Assembly (NCBI GenBank): GCA_963701075.1
Contig: OY969559.1
Span: 1,248,001 to 1,312,000 of the forward strand
Source of the DNA: an uncultured Nitrososphaerota archaeon
Lineage (GTDB): Archaea; Thermoproteota; Nitrososphaeria; Nitrososphaerales; Nitrosopumilaceae
DNA length: 64,000 nucleotides
Direction of reading: 5' to 3'
Shown here: in pieces, positions 48,269 to 57,446 of the stretch
How the letters are laid out: each line of letters begins with the position of its first letter
How positions within the stretch are numbered: position 1 is the first letter of the stretch
Notes under the pieces: generated by a model
What the model saw: only the letters and a program-made list of their open reading frames with translations
Databases searched by the model: none
What the model was told of the DNA's origin: nothing
Made by a program: the position numbers and the translations under genes

Positions 48269-49498
48269 TTAACTTGCCTTCTTTTCCACAGTCATTATGT
48301 TATCATGATTTTTGCCTTGATTGACCATTAATTTAGCATAAATCAAATCAGATTCGCTATCATTCATGTTCATAACTTTGCCAAACTTGTATAACATGAT
48401 CAGTGTGTCGTTAACAGACAAACCAGATTTGTCCATCATGTTGACTACATTGTAGATTATTTGTTCATCTTCTTGCCTTAGGCCCATCATTTTGCATTGG
48501 TCTACTAGGACGTCAATAGAATCTCTTCCTATTGTTTGCAGGATCTCTTCCATAAGTGATATGGTTGTCATCAGTCTGCCTAGAGTAATGCCGCTACCAA
48601 GAATTTGTTTGAACGATATTGTTTCATGAACATCATTTTTTAGAATATCATCCATGCCGTGATTTTTTGTTATCTGATTTGGAATGTTTTCTTTATTCTT
48701 CGAATTATTATCATGCGTTTCGTCTTTGATTGATTCAATCTCTGTTTTTTCTGGATTTGAAACAGTCTGTATTGAGTTTGATAGAGGCAGTTGTTCCATG
48801 TGTAAAGGAAGTGAAGGATCAGATAATGACTTGATATCAATCGAATCAAAGTATTTTCGCATAAAGTTCAATGGATTTGCAAGTTCAGCCTGAAATGATT
48901 TGAGGTCAGTCAGCGAGGATTCCACTGTTGACGCCAAGGACTCCATGCTGCTTTTTATTGTATTTATCTCATTTCTTAAATCGCTTATGGTATCTTGAAT
49001 TCTGGTTGAATCCTTCTGCACCGGTTCCATGGCTCTTGAAACCATGCCTTGTATGGCAACTTCATCCACAACCGGGGTCTGAATTATGGCCACATTTGAA
49101 ATTTCATTTGATGACATGGGGGGCTCGCCTGGAATTATGCCAGACATGGATCCTGGTGAATTATTATCAGGCAAGATAATGCCCTGTTCTTTTGTCTGTT
49201 CAATAGAGATGGCTTCAACTTGTTGCTGGGATAATTGATCTGTTGATCCCAAATTAGATTGAGGCGCTCCTTGTGTATTTTTGGAAAATAATTTTGGTAA
49301 TACTACAAGTATGACGACTATGACAATTGCTGGTAATGCAAAATAATATAGTGCGGATTGGGGGTTGAAAAGATATTCTGGAAGTAATTCATACAAGAAC
49401 AAACCGTAGCAAGCTATTACACTTCCCGTTATGAAAACTCGTGTGTTTTTTGATATCTTTGTCAGTAAAAAAAGTGGATTGGTAGTGATCATCCCCAT
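48269..49498 (-). CDS. Membrane-anchored archaellum accessory protein (ArlX position; ArlC- and ArlD/E-like segments)
   Basis: Two N-terminal TMs, coiled coil ending ELANPLNF, C-terminal helical domain; lies between archaellin and arlG. Confidence 0.6.
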   Translation of the reverse strand: MGMITTNPLFLLTKISKNTRVFITGSVIACYGLFLYELLPEYLFNPQSALYYFALPAIVIVVILVVLPKLFSKNTQGAPQSNLGSTDQLSQQQVEAISIEQTKEQGIILPDNNSPGSMSGIIPGEPPMSSNEISNVAIIQTPVVDEVAIQGMVSRAMEPVQKDSTRIQDTISDLRNEINTIKSSMESLASTVESSLTDLKSFQAELANPLNFMRKYFDSIDIKSLSDPSLPLHMEQLPLSNSIQTVSNPEKTEIESIKDETHDNNSKNKENIPNQITKNHGMDDILKNDVHETISFKQILGSGITLGRLMTTISLMEEILQTIGRDSIDVLVDQCKMMGLRQEDEQIIYNVVNMMDKSGLSVNDTLIMLYKFGKVMNMNDSESDLIYAKLMVNQGKNHDNIMTVEKKAS

Positions 49499-49509
49499 AT
49501 CACTATTAC

Positions 49510-50205
49510 CTAACCTAGGTCAACGATGTTTGTCGTGACTGGTGGTACTTGTCTTTCGACGGACAATGCTGAACCTGTTGGCACATCAATCTCTGCCTTT
49601 ATGTTGTCAAGTTCTCCTGGTCTGTCTGCAGCATCATATGCGATGACCATCTCTGCATGTTCGCCCTGATCAAGTATGTTATTGATTGGAGTGTTTGAAA
49701 CATCCCAGTAGATGATTGCCTTTGTCTCACTTGGAGCGCCTACCTTAGTTGCACCTGTTATGGGTGCTGCGGTAATGCATCCGGCTGTTACTGCTGCATT
49801 AAGTGCTCCAGTTACGTTATTGTACGTGGCAGATGTCAGAACACAATCGTTTTGATAGATGTTGTCGTATCGTACAGTATTGCTGTAGTACTTGATGCTA
49901 GTCTCATTCGGATTTAGACTGACCGAGTCCCCACCGCTTGCAACCTGCAGTGGTACGATGGTGGCATTGAGCACTCCTGCGCTTACATCTCCAATTCCTG
50001 TGACCTTGCCTGCAATCTCTATTGCACTGCTTGCCTCAGTATAACTGGATATTATCGCAGTCTTTGCTTTCTGTGTGGTCGAAAAACCCATGTTGAGTAC
50101 CACGAATGCTAGAGCTGCTGCTACTATTACAAATGCAATCATAACAATTGCAGCTTCTATACCCATGACTCCACGACGAGTTCTACGTTTTGAAACGGAG
50201 TTCAT
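49510..50205 (-). CDS. flaB: Archaellin ArlB/FlaB, copy 2
   Basis: Class III signal peptide RRTRRG/VMGIEAAIVMIAFVIVAA. Confidence 0.93.
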   Translation of the reverse strand: MNSVSKRRTRRGVMGIEAAIVMIAFVIVAAALAFVVLNMGFSTTQKAKTAIISSYTEASSAIEIAGKVTGIGDVSAGVLNATIVPLQVASGGDSVSLNPNETSIKYYSNTVRYDNIYQNDCVLTSATYNNVTGALNAAVTAGCITAAPITGATKVGAPSETKAIIYWDVSNTPINNILDQGEHAEMVIAYDAADRPGELDNIKAEIDVPTGSALSVERQVPPVTTNIVDLG

Positions 50206-50289
50206 TGTTGATATGATAGGATTGTGTAAAGTATTATTCTCGAGTGTGTATGATATGATCAAACATGGGGATTCTTTTTATTGTTATTC

Positions 50290-51282
50290 TCAAGCTTTGA
50301 TGATGCTATGATCCATCAAATATTGCATACTTGAAATAAATTCTCCATCAGATATAGTACCACTAGACCACCAACCGGCATCACTTCTAATCCAGGAAGG
50401 AATCGTATTTGTTTTTGTTAATGTTTGGTTTAAAAGATTTGTCTTCAAATCGCCCGATGTCATAAGAAACTGAATGCTTTTTATGAAATCTTCATCACTA
50501 ATTTGATTTTGCGACCACCATTTTGCATTGTTTTTTACCCAATATGGAATATTAAAAGAATTCAAGCTAGTGTTTATGGTATTTTGACTCTGGTTATTGA
50601 AAAAAAAGTTAACATCTGTAACTGTTGCAGGAAATTCATAAAATGCCTTGATCTTATAGTTTCCTGTAGTTTTAAAAATGGAATTTGAGGCTTTTAATTG
50701 ATAATTAAAACTATGGTCAGATAACAAATTAGTACTATCTGAAAAAACCATGTTCCTTTGGCTATCAAAAATTTGTATCCTCAAAGGCATAATTTGAGAA
50801 GTATCGTTTACTACTCCTGATATTTGTATGGTGTCATTACTCGAATAAGATTGCTTGTCGGCTGTAATGGTAAAGGCAGGTGATTTTCCAAGATATGCTG
50901 TCCCCACATCTATTTTTCCAGTCATCCATGGATGAATTTTACAAAAATAATAATAAGCAGACCAGATGCCAGACGGAATCTTAAAAGAATAACTTTGGCC
51001 AGGATTTAAAACTCCACTACCAAACAATTTACCGGCATAATTGAGATGGTTTGGCATCCCACTTGTGATATCATGAGTGGTGGTATCATTATTTATCCAC
51101 ATTATGGTATCGCCTTGCCTTACCTGTAATTCGGGGGGCCAGAAAATTGTACTGTTTGTATCTGTACCATTTCTCTTAATGGTTATTTTCCACGGTATGT
51201 TAGAGTTGTCGGCAAATACCATATGTGAGGATAATAATAAGATCATACCAATTGAAAAAACTACATAGTAGCGCAGATCCAT
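50290..51282 (-). CDS. Secreted cupredoxin (type-1 copper) protein with thaumarchaeal C-terminal repeats
   Basis: GDT..W.N.D...HDITSG, YFCKIHPWM; IPYWVKNNAKWW and IPSWIRSDAGWW repeats. Confidence 0.88.
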   Translation of the reverse strand: MDLRYYVVFSIGMILLLSSHMVFADNSNIPWKITIKRNGTDTNSTIFWPPELQVRQGDTIMWINNDTTTHDITSGMPNHLNYAGKLFGSGVLNPGQSYSFKIPSGIWSAYYYFCKIHPWMTGKIDVGTAYLGKSPAFTITADKQSYSSNDTIQISGVVNDTSQIMPLRIQIFDSQRNMVFSDSTNLLSDHSFNYQLKASNSIFKTTGNYKIKAFYEFPATVTDVNFFFNNQSQNTINTSLNSFNIPYWVKNNAKWWSQNQISDEDFIKSIQFLMTSGDLKTNLLNQTLTKTNTIPSWIRSDAGWWSSGTISDGEFISSMQYLMDHSIIKA

Positions 51283-51466
51283 GCATTTTTGGCGCTATTA
51301 CCTCAAGATAAAAGCAAGCTTGTTCAAATTAAAATCACAGAATAGTATCTGTGTATCGCATATAGTTACATTGCGTATTATCTATGTCATGCTTCTCAAA
51401 AGATCTCATATACGTATTCGTATTCTGATAAAATAAAAAGAAAGGGGGCTAGAGTATGCCTATTGC

Positions 51467-52162
51467 TTACCCTAGGTCAACGATGTTTGTCGTGACTGGT
51501 GGTACTTGTCTTTCGACGGACAATGCTGAACCTGTTGGCACATCAATCTCTGCCTTTATGTTGTCAAGTTCTCCTGGTCTGTCTGCACTATCATATACGA
51601 TAGCAAGCTCTGCATGTTCGCCCTGATCAAGTATGTTATTGATTGGAGTGTTTGAAACATCCCAGTAGATGATTGCCTTTGTCTCACTTGGAGCGCCTAC
51701 CTTAGTTGCACCTGTTATGGGTGCTGCGGTAATGCATCCGGCTGTTACTGCTGCATTAAGTGCTCCAGTTACGTTATTGTACGTGGCAGATGTCAGAACA
51801 CAATCGTTTTGATAGATGTTGTCGTATCGTACAGTATTGCTGTAGTACTTGATGCTAGTCTCATTCGGATTTAGACTGACCGAGTCCCCACCGCTTGCAA
51901 CCTGCAGTGGTACGATGGTGGCATTGAGCACTCCTGCGCTTACATCTCCAATTCCTGTGACCTTGCCTGCAATCTCTATTGCACTGCTTGCCTCAGTATA
52001 ACTGGATATTATCGCAGTCTTTGCTTTCTGTGTGGTCGAAAAACCCATGTTGAGTACCACGAATGCTAGAGCTGCTGCTACTATTACAAATGCAATCATA
52101 ACAATTGCAGCTTCTATACCCATGACTCCACGACGAGTTCTACGTTTTGAAACGGAGTTCAT
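51467..52162 (-). CDS. flaB: Archaellin ArlB/FlaB, copy 1
   Basis: Same class III signal peptide; 696 nt, near-identical to 49510-50205. Confidence 0.93.
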   Translation of the reverse strand: MNSVSKRRTRRGVMGIEAAIVMIAFVIVAAALAFVVLNMGFSTTQKAKTAIISSYTEASSAIEIAGKVTGIGDVSAGVLNATIVPLQVASGGDSVSLNPNETSIKYYSNTVRYDNIYQNDCVLTSATYNNVTGALNAAVTAGCITAAPITGATKVGAPSETKAIIYWDVSNTPINNILDQGEHAELAIVYDSADRPGELDNIKAEIDVPTGSALSVERQVPPVTTNIVDLG

Positions 52163-52526
52163 TAGGTGTGGATATAGTATGGAGGATATTATACACAAGT
52201 CTGTGTGGATTGAACAAACTATGTTTCCTAAAAAGCAGTGAAAAAAGATTATTTGTTTAATACTAAGTCATGAAGTGCGCAAAATGTGAAAATAAACGTA
52301 CTGATGATTTGTATGTAGACGTCATGTTTAAACACATTATATGTAGAAGTGACAAATTTTATTTGTTTGTTATCTAATAACTAATGAAAATGATGGACGT
52401 TTGCTGTGTGTTTGATGCAAACATACGTCATTCTATAAGGTGCTAACTGTTTAAAAATTGGCAATATGGTTGGAATAGGCAATGGCGAATTATCTGAAAA
52501 CTGTATTTTCATGGGCTTAAATTAAA

Positions 52527-53640
52527 ATGAGCAATACATTATTGAAATCCAATGATTCAATTCTGTCCCAAGACACTCAAACTGCAAAAGGAAAAGGAAG
52601 CAGCTTTACTCTCGAACGAGTTGCAGAGTTGTCTGAAATTCTTGCAAGTGAAGTAGAGTCCGCAATAGGTGAAATAGAAAGGTTGAATGGACAAACGCAC
52701 ATGATAGCAATTAATGCAAGGATTGAAGCAAGCAGGGCGGGCATGGCAGGAAAGGCGTTCTCAGTAGTTGCCGAGCAGATGAATGACCTTTCGGGAAAAA
52801 TTGGCATAGTGAGCAAGAAAATGCGAAACGAAAGTAGAGGCTCTATTGATGAATTGGGAAATTTGATAAAAACACAAGCCACCAATGTTCGAGGAACTAG
52901 ACTTTCTGATCTTGCACTGACTAATATCGATCTGATTGATAGAAACTTGTATGAAAGGTCTTGTGATGTACGTTGGTGGGCAACCGATGATAGTATTGTC
53001 AATGCGTTATCGACAAATACAAAAGAAGCATGTAGTCTTGTGTCAAAACGAATGGGCATCATATTGAATTCTTACACTGTATACTTTGATTTAGTATTGT
53101 GTGATATGGATGGAAACGTGGTGGCAAATGGCAGGCCTGATATCTACAAGTCTGTTGGCATGAATGCAAAAAATACTGGATGGTTTATCAGTGCAATGAA
53201 AACTAGTAGCGGAAAAGAATTTGGATTTCAGACAGTGAGTAAATGTGCCTTAGTAAATAATGAACTCAGTCTTGTATTTTCTTGTACAGTAAGAGAACAT
53301 GGCGATCAAAATGGTGCAGTTTTGGGTGTGCTTGGAGTTGTATTTCGTTGGCAGGACTTGGCACAAAAGATTGTAAAAGGTGTTCCGATATCTGATGAAG
53401 AAAAAGACAGAACGAGAATATGCATAGTTGACGAAAATGGCCTGCTTCTTGCTGACTCCAAAGACATGATGCTTGAAGAAGTGATTGAATTTTTGGGAAA
53501 AAATGAGATTTTCAGCCAAAAAAAGGGCTATACTGTGTCTGAATACAAGGATGAAAAATGTTGTCTCAGCTCATGCGTTTTCTCAAGGATATGAGACATA
53601 TGCATCCAACTGGCATTCTATGATTATTCAAAAACTGTAA
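52527..53640 (+). CDS. Cytoplasmic chemoreceptor (N-terminal signalling hairpin, C-terminal Cache-like domain); 1-bp insertion at 53567
   Basis: AINARIEASRAG.AGKAF.VVA; IDRNLYERSCDVRWWATD; restored end AHAFSQGYETYASNWHSMIIQKL*. Confidence 0.85.
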
Positions 53641-53769
53641 GGTTAACGGTTCCTATGATGCAAATCGTGATAACAGGCCAAAACGGACTCTTAAAATACG
53701 TAATCTCCAAAACGGTCTGACATAAATAAAAAACATTCCTAATAGTTTTAATTCCTGATGTGATAACTG

Positions 53770-54039
53770 GTGATAATGCCTGATGTTTCAAGCAGCTATC
53801 CTTTTGACGGAATATGGAATGTAGTAAAAAGACAAGAATTAGAACCATTAAGCAAAGAAGACGGATACAGGTGGGGGATTTCTCACATACAGTATGTAAA
53901 AAAGGAACTGTTAAAATTAGAAGAAAGTGCGTTGGAAAGACGTGATGTCGAATTACTTCATAACTTAGTTGTTTCAAAATTGCGTGCAGCTGAAGTAGAA
54001 CAAGAACTTGAACAAAAACTTGCCGCAGTGCAAGACTGA
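53770..54039 (+). CDS. Hypothetical protein within the che cluster
   Basis: 89-aa ORF with coiled-coil C-terminus. Confidence 0.6.
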   Translation: MIMPDVSSSYPFDGIWNVVKRQELEPLSKEDGYRWGISHIQYVKKELLKLEESALERRDVELLHNLVVSKLRAAEVEQELEQKLAAVQD

Positions 54040-54169
54040 AATCCAAGCCTTCATTTAGCGTATTTTAATGTATATGCCATGATAAAAATAGAATAATAAT
54101 TTCTGTGTATGATCAATTCAAACATACGTGAACATATTATTGGTCTGGACAATAAACATCACATTACAC

Positions 54170-55517
54170 ATGATAGAGAAGATTTTCAAAATAAGCATTA
54201 AAACAAAAATTAATGCGATGGTAAATGTTGCATCTGCTATCTCAATAGCAACTGTCTCATTTTCTAGCTATTCTGCAGCAGGACATGCAGCCGGGGCAGA
54301 CGATGCAATGCATTATGTCATAACGGGAATCATAATGCAAGCAGTGGTAGGAATACCTGCCTATTTTGTAGCTCAGCTCTATTACAAAACCAATACTCAA
54401 AATGGCTGCAATGGCAGAAAAAATCGGTCACGGTGATCTCACGGGGGACATAATGGAATCAAAATCACATGACGAACTTGGAAAATTAACTCAAGCGTTT
54501 GGTAACATGGTTGTTAACTTGAGACAATTAGTAACACAGGTAAGAGATGGCTCTTCTCTGGTTGCCTCAAATTCTGAACAAGTTGTTTCTTCTACTGAGC
54601 AGATGAATTCATCTGTACAACAAATATCATCAACGATTCAGCAGATATCAAAAGGCTCACAGACGCAAGCTCATGAGTTGGAAGCAACCAGTAGAGTAGT
54701 AACAAAGCTTACAAAAGACATGAAAAACCTTGCATTAAAAGCCAGTGTTACTGCAGATCTTACAAAAGAAGTTGGAGAAATATCAGAAACTGGATCAAAG
54801 TCGGCATCAGAAGCAGATTTTAGAATGTCCAAGATTATTAGCGTAACTAATGAATCTGCGCGAAAGATAAAAGAGCTGGCTGACAGAAGCGGTGAAATCA
54901 CTACAGTTCTAGAAGTCATAAGAAAAATTGCTGATCAAACAAATCTGCTTGCATTGAATGCAGCTATAGAAGCAGCTCGTGCGGGTGAGGCCGGTAGGGG
55001 ATTTGCTGTAGTGGCTGATGAAGTTAAAAGACTTGCAGAGGGTTCTGCTAAATCATCAGAAGAAATAGATGAATTAATAAAACAAATTCAAGATGATGCC
55101 AAGGCTACTGTACAAAGTATAGAGGGCGGTAGTAAGGAGATATCAGAAGGCAGACTTGTGATAGACAAGGCGCTGAAAGCATTGAACGAAATAGCTACAA
55201 AAGTAAAAGAAGTCTCTGCAAATGTAATGGACGTGGCAAATTCAACTCAAACTCAAGTTACTGAGATAGAAAAATTATCAAAAGCAGCGTCTGAAATAGC
55301 GGCAGTTTCTGAACAAAATGCCTCTGCAACTGAAGAGGCATCAGCTGCCACAGAACAACAAACAGCTGGAACGCAAGAGATTGCCGCATCTGTACAAAAA
55401 ATGGCAAGCATGGCAGATGATCTTTCAAAAATTGCATCTGGCTTTAAACTGCCAGACGGTTCAAATCTGATGGACTCAAAAAATAATGCAAAGAAAGAGG
55501 AGGCAATGGCACAGTAA
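54170..55517 (+). CDS. Methyl-accepting chemotaxis protein (2 TM + HAMP + signalling domain); 1-bp insertion at 54374
   Basis: Restored junction AYFVASSITKPILKMAAMAEKIGHGDLT; IADQTNLLALNAAIEAARAGEAGRGFAVVADEV. Confidence 0.9.
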
Positions 55518-55999
55518 TGAGTGAAACTGTCGTTGATGGATATTTGCAGGCAGTGGTGTTCAACTTGATTGATCAGAAAACAAACAAGAAAGAAGATTAC
55601 GGCATATCAATAGAACAGGTAAGAGAAATACGACCACTAGAGTCAATCACAAAGGTACCTAATGCCAAGAGCTACGTTAGGGGTGTAATGAATCTGAGAG
55701 GGATGATAGTTCCAGTAATAGATGTAAAGGAAAAGCTGGGTTTTAGCAGTGGAACAACAAGCCAAAAATCTCGTATTCTTGTTGCTGATGTAGATGGAAA
55801 ACTTACAGGACTTTTAATTGATGAAGTTGATCAAGTCATACGTATTCCAACAAAAGAGATTGAAACAAATCTTTCAGGTGGCCTTGAATCTTTAGAATAC
55901 ATAAAAGGTGTTGCTAAAACTTCTGGAAGGCTAATTGTTCTTTTAGACATGCAAAAACTTTTGCGGTATGATTCATTGATATCTCAATCGGAGGCATAA
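55517..55999 (+). CDS. cheW: Chemotaxis coupling protein CheW
   Basis: YGI.IEQVREI, ITKVPN, GVMNLRG.IVPVID. Confidence 0.95.
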   Translation: MSETVVDGYLQAVVFNLIDQKTNKKEDYGISIEQVREIRPLESITKVPNAKSYVRGVMNLRGMIVPVIDVKEKLGFSSGTTSQKSRILVADVDGKLTGLLIDEVDQVIRIPTKEIETNLSGGLESLEYIKGVAKTSGRLIVLLDMQKLLRYDSLISQSEA

Positions 56000-56401
56000 C
56001 ATGTCTACAAGCCCAACAAAGATTCTGATTGTAGATGATGCTTCATTTATGAGAGTTGTCTTAAAAGACATTCTTGTATCTCATGGCTTGGTATCACAAA
56101 TCTATGAAGCAGGTGACGGCCTTGCAGCAGTGGAATCCTACAAGCAATTCAAGCCAGATATAGTGACAATGGATGTTAATATGCCCAAAGCAGACGGAAT
56201 TCAGGCCCTGAAATCTATCATACAACTTAACCCAAAAGCCAAAGTGGTAATGGTGACATCTGTTGAACAAAAACACATCGTACAAGATGCCATAAAATCA
56301 GGCGCAAGAGATTATGTGATAAAACCATTTGATAGATCCAATGTAGCTATGGTGATAAGCAAAGTTATCAGGTCGAGATAGCGTATGATGGTAACGTCTG
56401 A
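55980..56401. repeat. 422-bp direct repeat containing cheY (partner at 60734-61155)
   Basis: Only difference seen: 56346 G vs 61100 A. Confidence 0.9.
56001..56381 (+). CDS. cheY: Chemotaxis response regulator CheY
   Basis: IVDDASFMR, VTMDVNMP, YVIKPF. Confidence 0.93.
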   Translation: MSTSPTKILIVDDASFMRVVLKDILVSHGLVSQIYEAGDGLAAVESYKQFKPDIVTMDVNMPKADGIQALKSIIQLNPKAKVVMVTSVEQKHIVQDAIKSGARDYVIKPFDRSNVAMVISKVIRSR

Positions 56402-57446
56402 GAAGAATCAGATCAAAATCATGATAGTCAATGATTCTTCATACATGACAGAATTATTACGCGATTTGTTATCGTCAGAGGACAACATCAAAATTATTGA
56501 AACCGCCCGAGACGGGCTTGAAGCGTTACGAAAACTCAAACACATGACTCCTGACGTCATATTGTTAGACCTAGAGATGCCTAACATGGACGGGTTATCC
56601 TTTATTGAAAACGTAATGAAAGAAAAAATTGTTAATATCATTATTGTGAGTAATTACAGTAAATCTGGAAGCAAACTGATTTTAGATTCCCTAGAACTTG
56701 GAGCAGTTGATTTTATCGCCGTGCCACAAGACAGCAATGATGTTATCAAGAATCTAAAGAATATATTGATATCCAAAATAGAGGTCGCTTCAAGATCCAA
56801 TCCTCATGTTTTGGCTCCAAAAGCCATTTCAAAATTGCGCCCATCCATTAACAAAGGTGTAGCGTCGGGGGAAATGGCATCAAAAGTGATTGTCATAGGT
56901 GCATCTACTGGCGCACCACGCGTGATAACTGATATTCTTCGAGAAATTCCAAAGGACATTCCTGCTGCATTTCTGATTGTTCAGCACATGTCAAAAGAAT
57001 TCATATCAACTTTTGCAGAAAGACTTGATGAAGTTTCAAAATTGCATGTTAAACAGGCAGCAGAAGGTGATCTGATACAAGAAGGAGTGGTATTACTTGC
57101 TCCAGGCGACATGCATATGGAGATATCATCAGATCATAGAATAAAACTAAATCAAGGTCCTAAGAGATTTGGAGTTAGACCAGCTGTAAATGTTACCATG
57201 GTATCCGCATCAGAAGTATTCGGTGCTAATACTATAGGTGTATTGCTGTCTGGGATGGGTCAGGATGGTGCGTTTGGAATGAAAATGGTAAAGAAAAGAC
57301 ACGGAATGACACTTGCACAGAACGAATCATCATCAGTTGTATTTGGAATGGCAAAGGCAGCAAATGATCTTCACGCTGTTGATAAAATGGTACATGCTGA
57401 TAACTTGGCAGAAGAAATAATCAAGGAGATAAAGCAAAATGTCTGA
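56385..57446 (+). CDS. cheB: Chemotaxis methylesterase CheB
   Basis: Receiver LDLEMP; GASTG, VQHM, GMGQDG. Confidence 0.95.
   Translation: MMVTSEKNQIKIMIVNDSSYMTELLRDLLSSEDNIKIIETARDGLEALRKLKHMTPDVILLDLEMPNMDGLSFIENVMKEKIVNIIIVSNYSKSGSKLILDSLELGAVDFIAVPQDSNDVIKNLKNILISKIEVASRSNPHVLAPKAISKLRPSINKGVASGEMASKVIVIGASTGAPRVITDILREIPKDIPAAFLIVQHMSKEFISTFAERLDEVSKLHVKQAAEGDLIQEGVVLLAPGDMHMEISSDHRIKLNQGPKRFGVRPAVNVTMVSASEVFGANTIGVLLSGMGQDGAFGMKMVKKRHGMTLAQNESSSVVFGMAKAANDLHAVDKMVHADNLAEEIIKEIKQNV

Noticed and set aside
43341-55517. Motility system undergoing pseudogenisation
   Set aside because: The lesions share one sequence context that also hits tRNA-Asn, and the genes are otherwise intact; systematic error is more parsimonious until reads are checked.
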